Shown here piece after piece: positions 61,120 to 62,276 of a stretch of DNA of 62,276 nucleotides. This stretch comes from Chiloscyllium plagiosum. Lineage: Eukaryota. Made by a program: the position numbers and the translations under genes. The stretch lies in assembly GCF_004010195.1 (NCBI RefSeq), contig NC_057719.1:53071115-53133390 (forward strand), written 5' to 3'. Numbering within the stretch: position 1 is the stretch's first letter; each line of letters starts with the position of its first letter. Below the pieces are notes generated by a model. That model was given only the letters and a program-made list of their open reading frames with translations, searched no databases and was not told the origin of the DNA.

Positions 61120-61620
61120 GAATCCATTCCGCTTTGCCCTTGATTTTCTCTCTTATCCTCATCTACATGCTACTCCTATTGGTCTCTTCCTCTCTCATCC
61201 CATTTTGTGTCTTCTTTTCCTTCACTTCCCACTTTGCTTCTCTGCCTGGATTTTCCATGCACCTTCCCTACTTGACTATCTCTTTCCCTCCTCTCCAAAT
61301 AATATCTCTCTACCTTTCCTGGATTCCCCTCATCGCTAGTCTCATTCTCTTTCTTTTCCAGTCTCCTCTCATGTCTTTCACATCTTCTTTCTTTACAATC
61401 TCTCCGGATTTTCTTCCAGCATTTCACCTTTTCTCTCCTACCTCTTAACTCTTCCATTTCTCACTCTCCCTTCTTCTTCTTTTATATACTTCCTCCACTC
61501 TTTGAGCTCTTCTCTCTCTACCTTTCCCTTCCTTTACTTTTTTCTCTTACAATGTCTTCCCTCATCCTTCTTGTTTGTCTTCTTTTCCACTTCACACCTC
61601 TTTTCTTTGTTTGGTCCAAT
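61120..61620. repeat. Pyrimidine-rich (CT) low-complexity tract
   Basis: About 500 bp with very few G on the plus strand and no clear period. Confidence 0.8.
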
Positions 61621-61853
61621 CTCTAACTCCACGCTTAAACTTTGGTTTTGCCCCACTTATGATGACATTGGATCTACACAGCTTTCTCCAGACATTTAGA
61701 AATATCTTAACTCAAATAATGGAATGTTTAAGAAATGCGCTCGTGAAAGAATATTACATAAAAATATTGAGGGAATATTTCACATAAAATTGCATCTCGT
61801 ATTGACCTATGCTTTTAGCTTTATCATTTGAAATATTATAATTTAAATTTAAA

Positions 61854-61919
61854 GGGGTGGCACGGTGGCTACGTGTCTAGCACTGCTGCCTCACAGTGCC
61901 AAGGACTCAGGTTCAATCC
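61854..61919 (+). mobile_element. HE1-like SINE 5' head, cut by a CR1 insertion
   Basis: GGGGTGGCACGGTGGCT...CACTGCTGCCTCACAGTGCC...GGTTCAATCC. Confidence 0.8.
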
Positions 61920-62276
61920 ATAGAACATAGAACATTACAGCACAGTACAGGCCCTTAGGCCCTCGATGTTGCGCCAACCTGTCAAACCAATCTGAAGCCC
62001 ATCCCACCGACACTATTCCATGTACGTCCATATGCTTGTCCAATGACGACTTAAATGTACTTAAAGTTGGCGAATCTGCAGGCAAAGCATTCCATACCCT
62101 TACTACTGAGTAAAGAAACTACCTCTGACATCTGTCCTATATCTATCACCCCTCAATTTAAAGCTATGCCCCCTTGTGCTCGCCGTCACCATACTTGGAA
62201 AAAGGCTCTCCCTGTCCACCCTATATAACCCTCTGATTATCTTATATGTCTCTATTAAGTCACCTCTCAACCTTCT
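61920..62276 (-). mobile_element. CR1 LINE 3' end; runs off the window end
   Basis: CATAGAACATAGAAC tail; TFKSSLDKHMD; DRESLFP on minus. Confidence 0.9.

Noticed and set aside
61118..61787. Hydrophobic or charged ORFs as membrane proteins
   Set aside because: Compositional artefact of the CT-rich low-complexity tract

Overview
Eukaryotic, AT-rich, repeat-dense DNA with no intact host protein-coding gene that I can recognise. The repeat content (HE1-like V-SINEs, HER1/CR1 LINEs, a Deu-domain SINE) points to a shark or other elasmobranch intron or intergenic region; that is an inference. Nearly all ORFs in the track are decayed transposon pieces or chance ORFs. The window holds many CR1 and older CR1/L2 fragments, tRNA-derived SINEs, solo LTRs, Tc1/mariner-type MITEs, two decayed PIF/Harbinger elements and a 33-bp minisatellite split by a LINE. 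The most interesting signal is a dense set of more than a dozen tiny Penelope-like (PLE) insertions from at least two families. Their terminal repeat carries a minimal type-I hammerhead ribozyme (CUGANGA-stem II-GAAA-palindromic stem III-NUH). They have 13-16 bp target-site duplications, often form head-to-head hairpins with one unpaired ~37-42 nt tail, and break at or beside the ribozyme; one inverted arm ends exactly at the predicted cleavage site. Hammerheads in PLEs are known in general. Whether these particular families and the breakpoint pattern are described needs a database check. Boundaries of old repeats are approximate and were read by eye.
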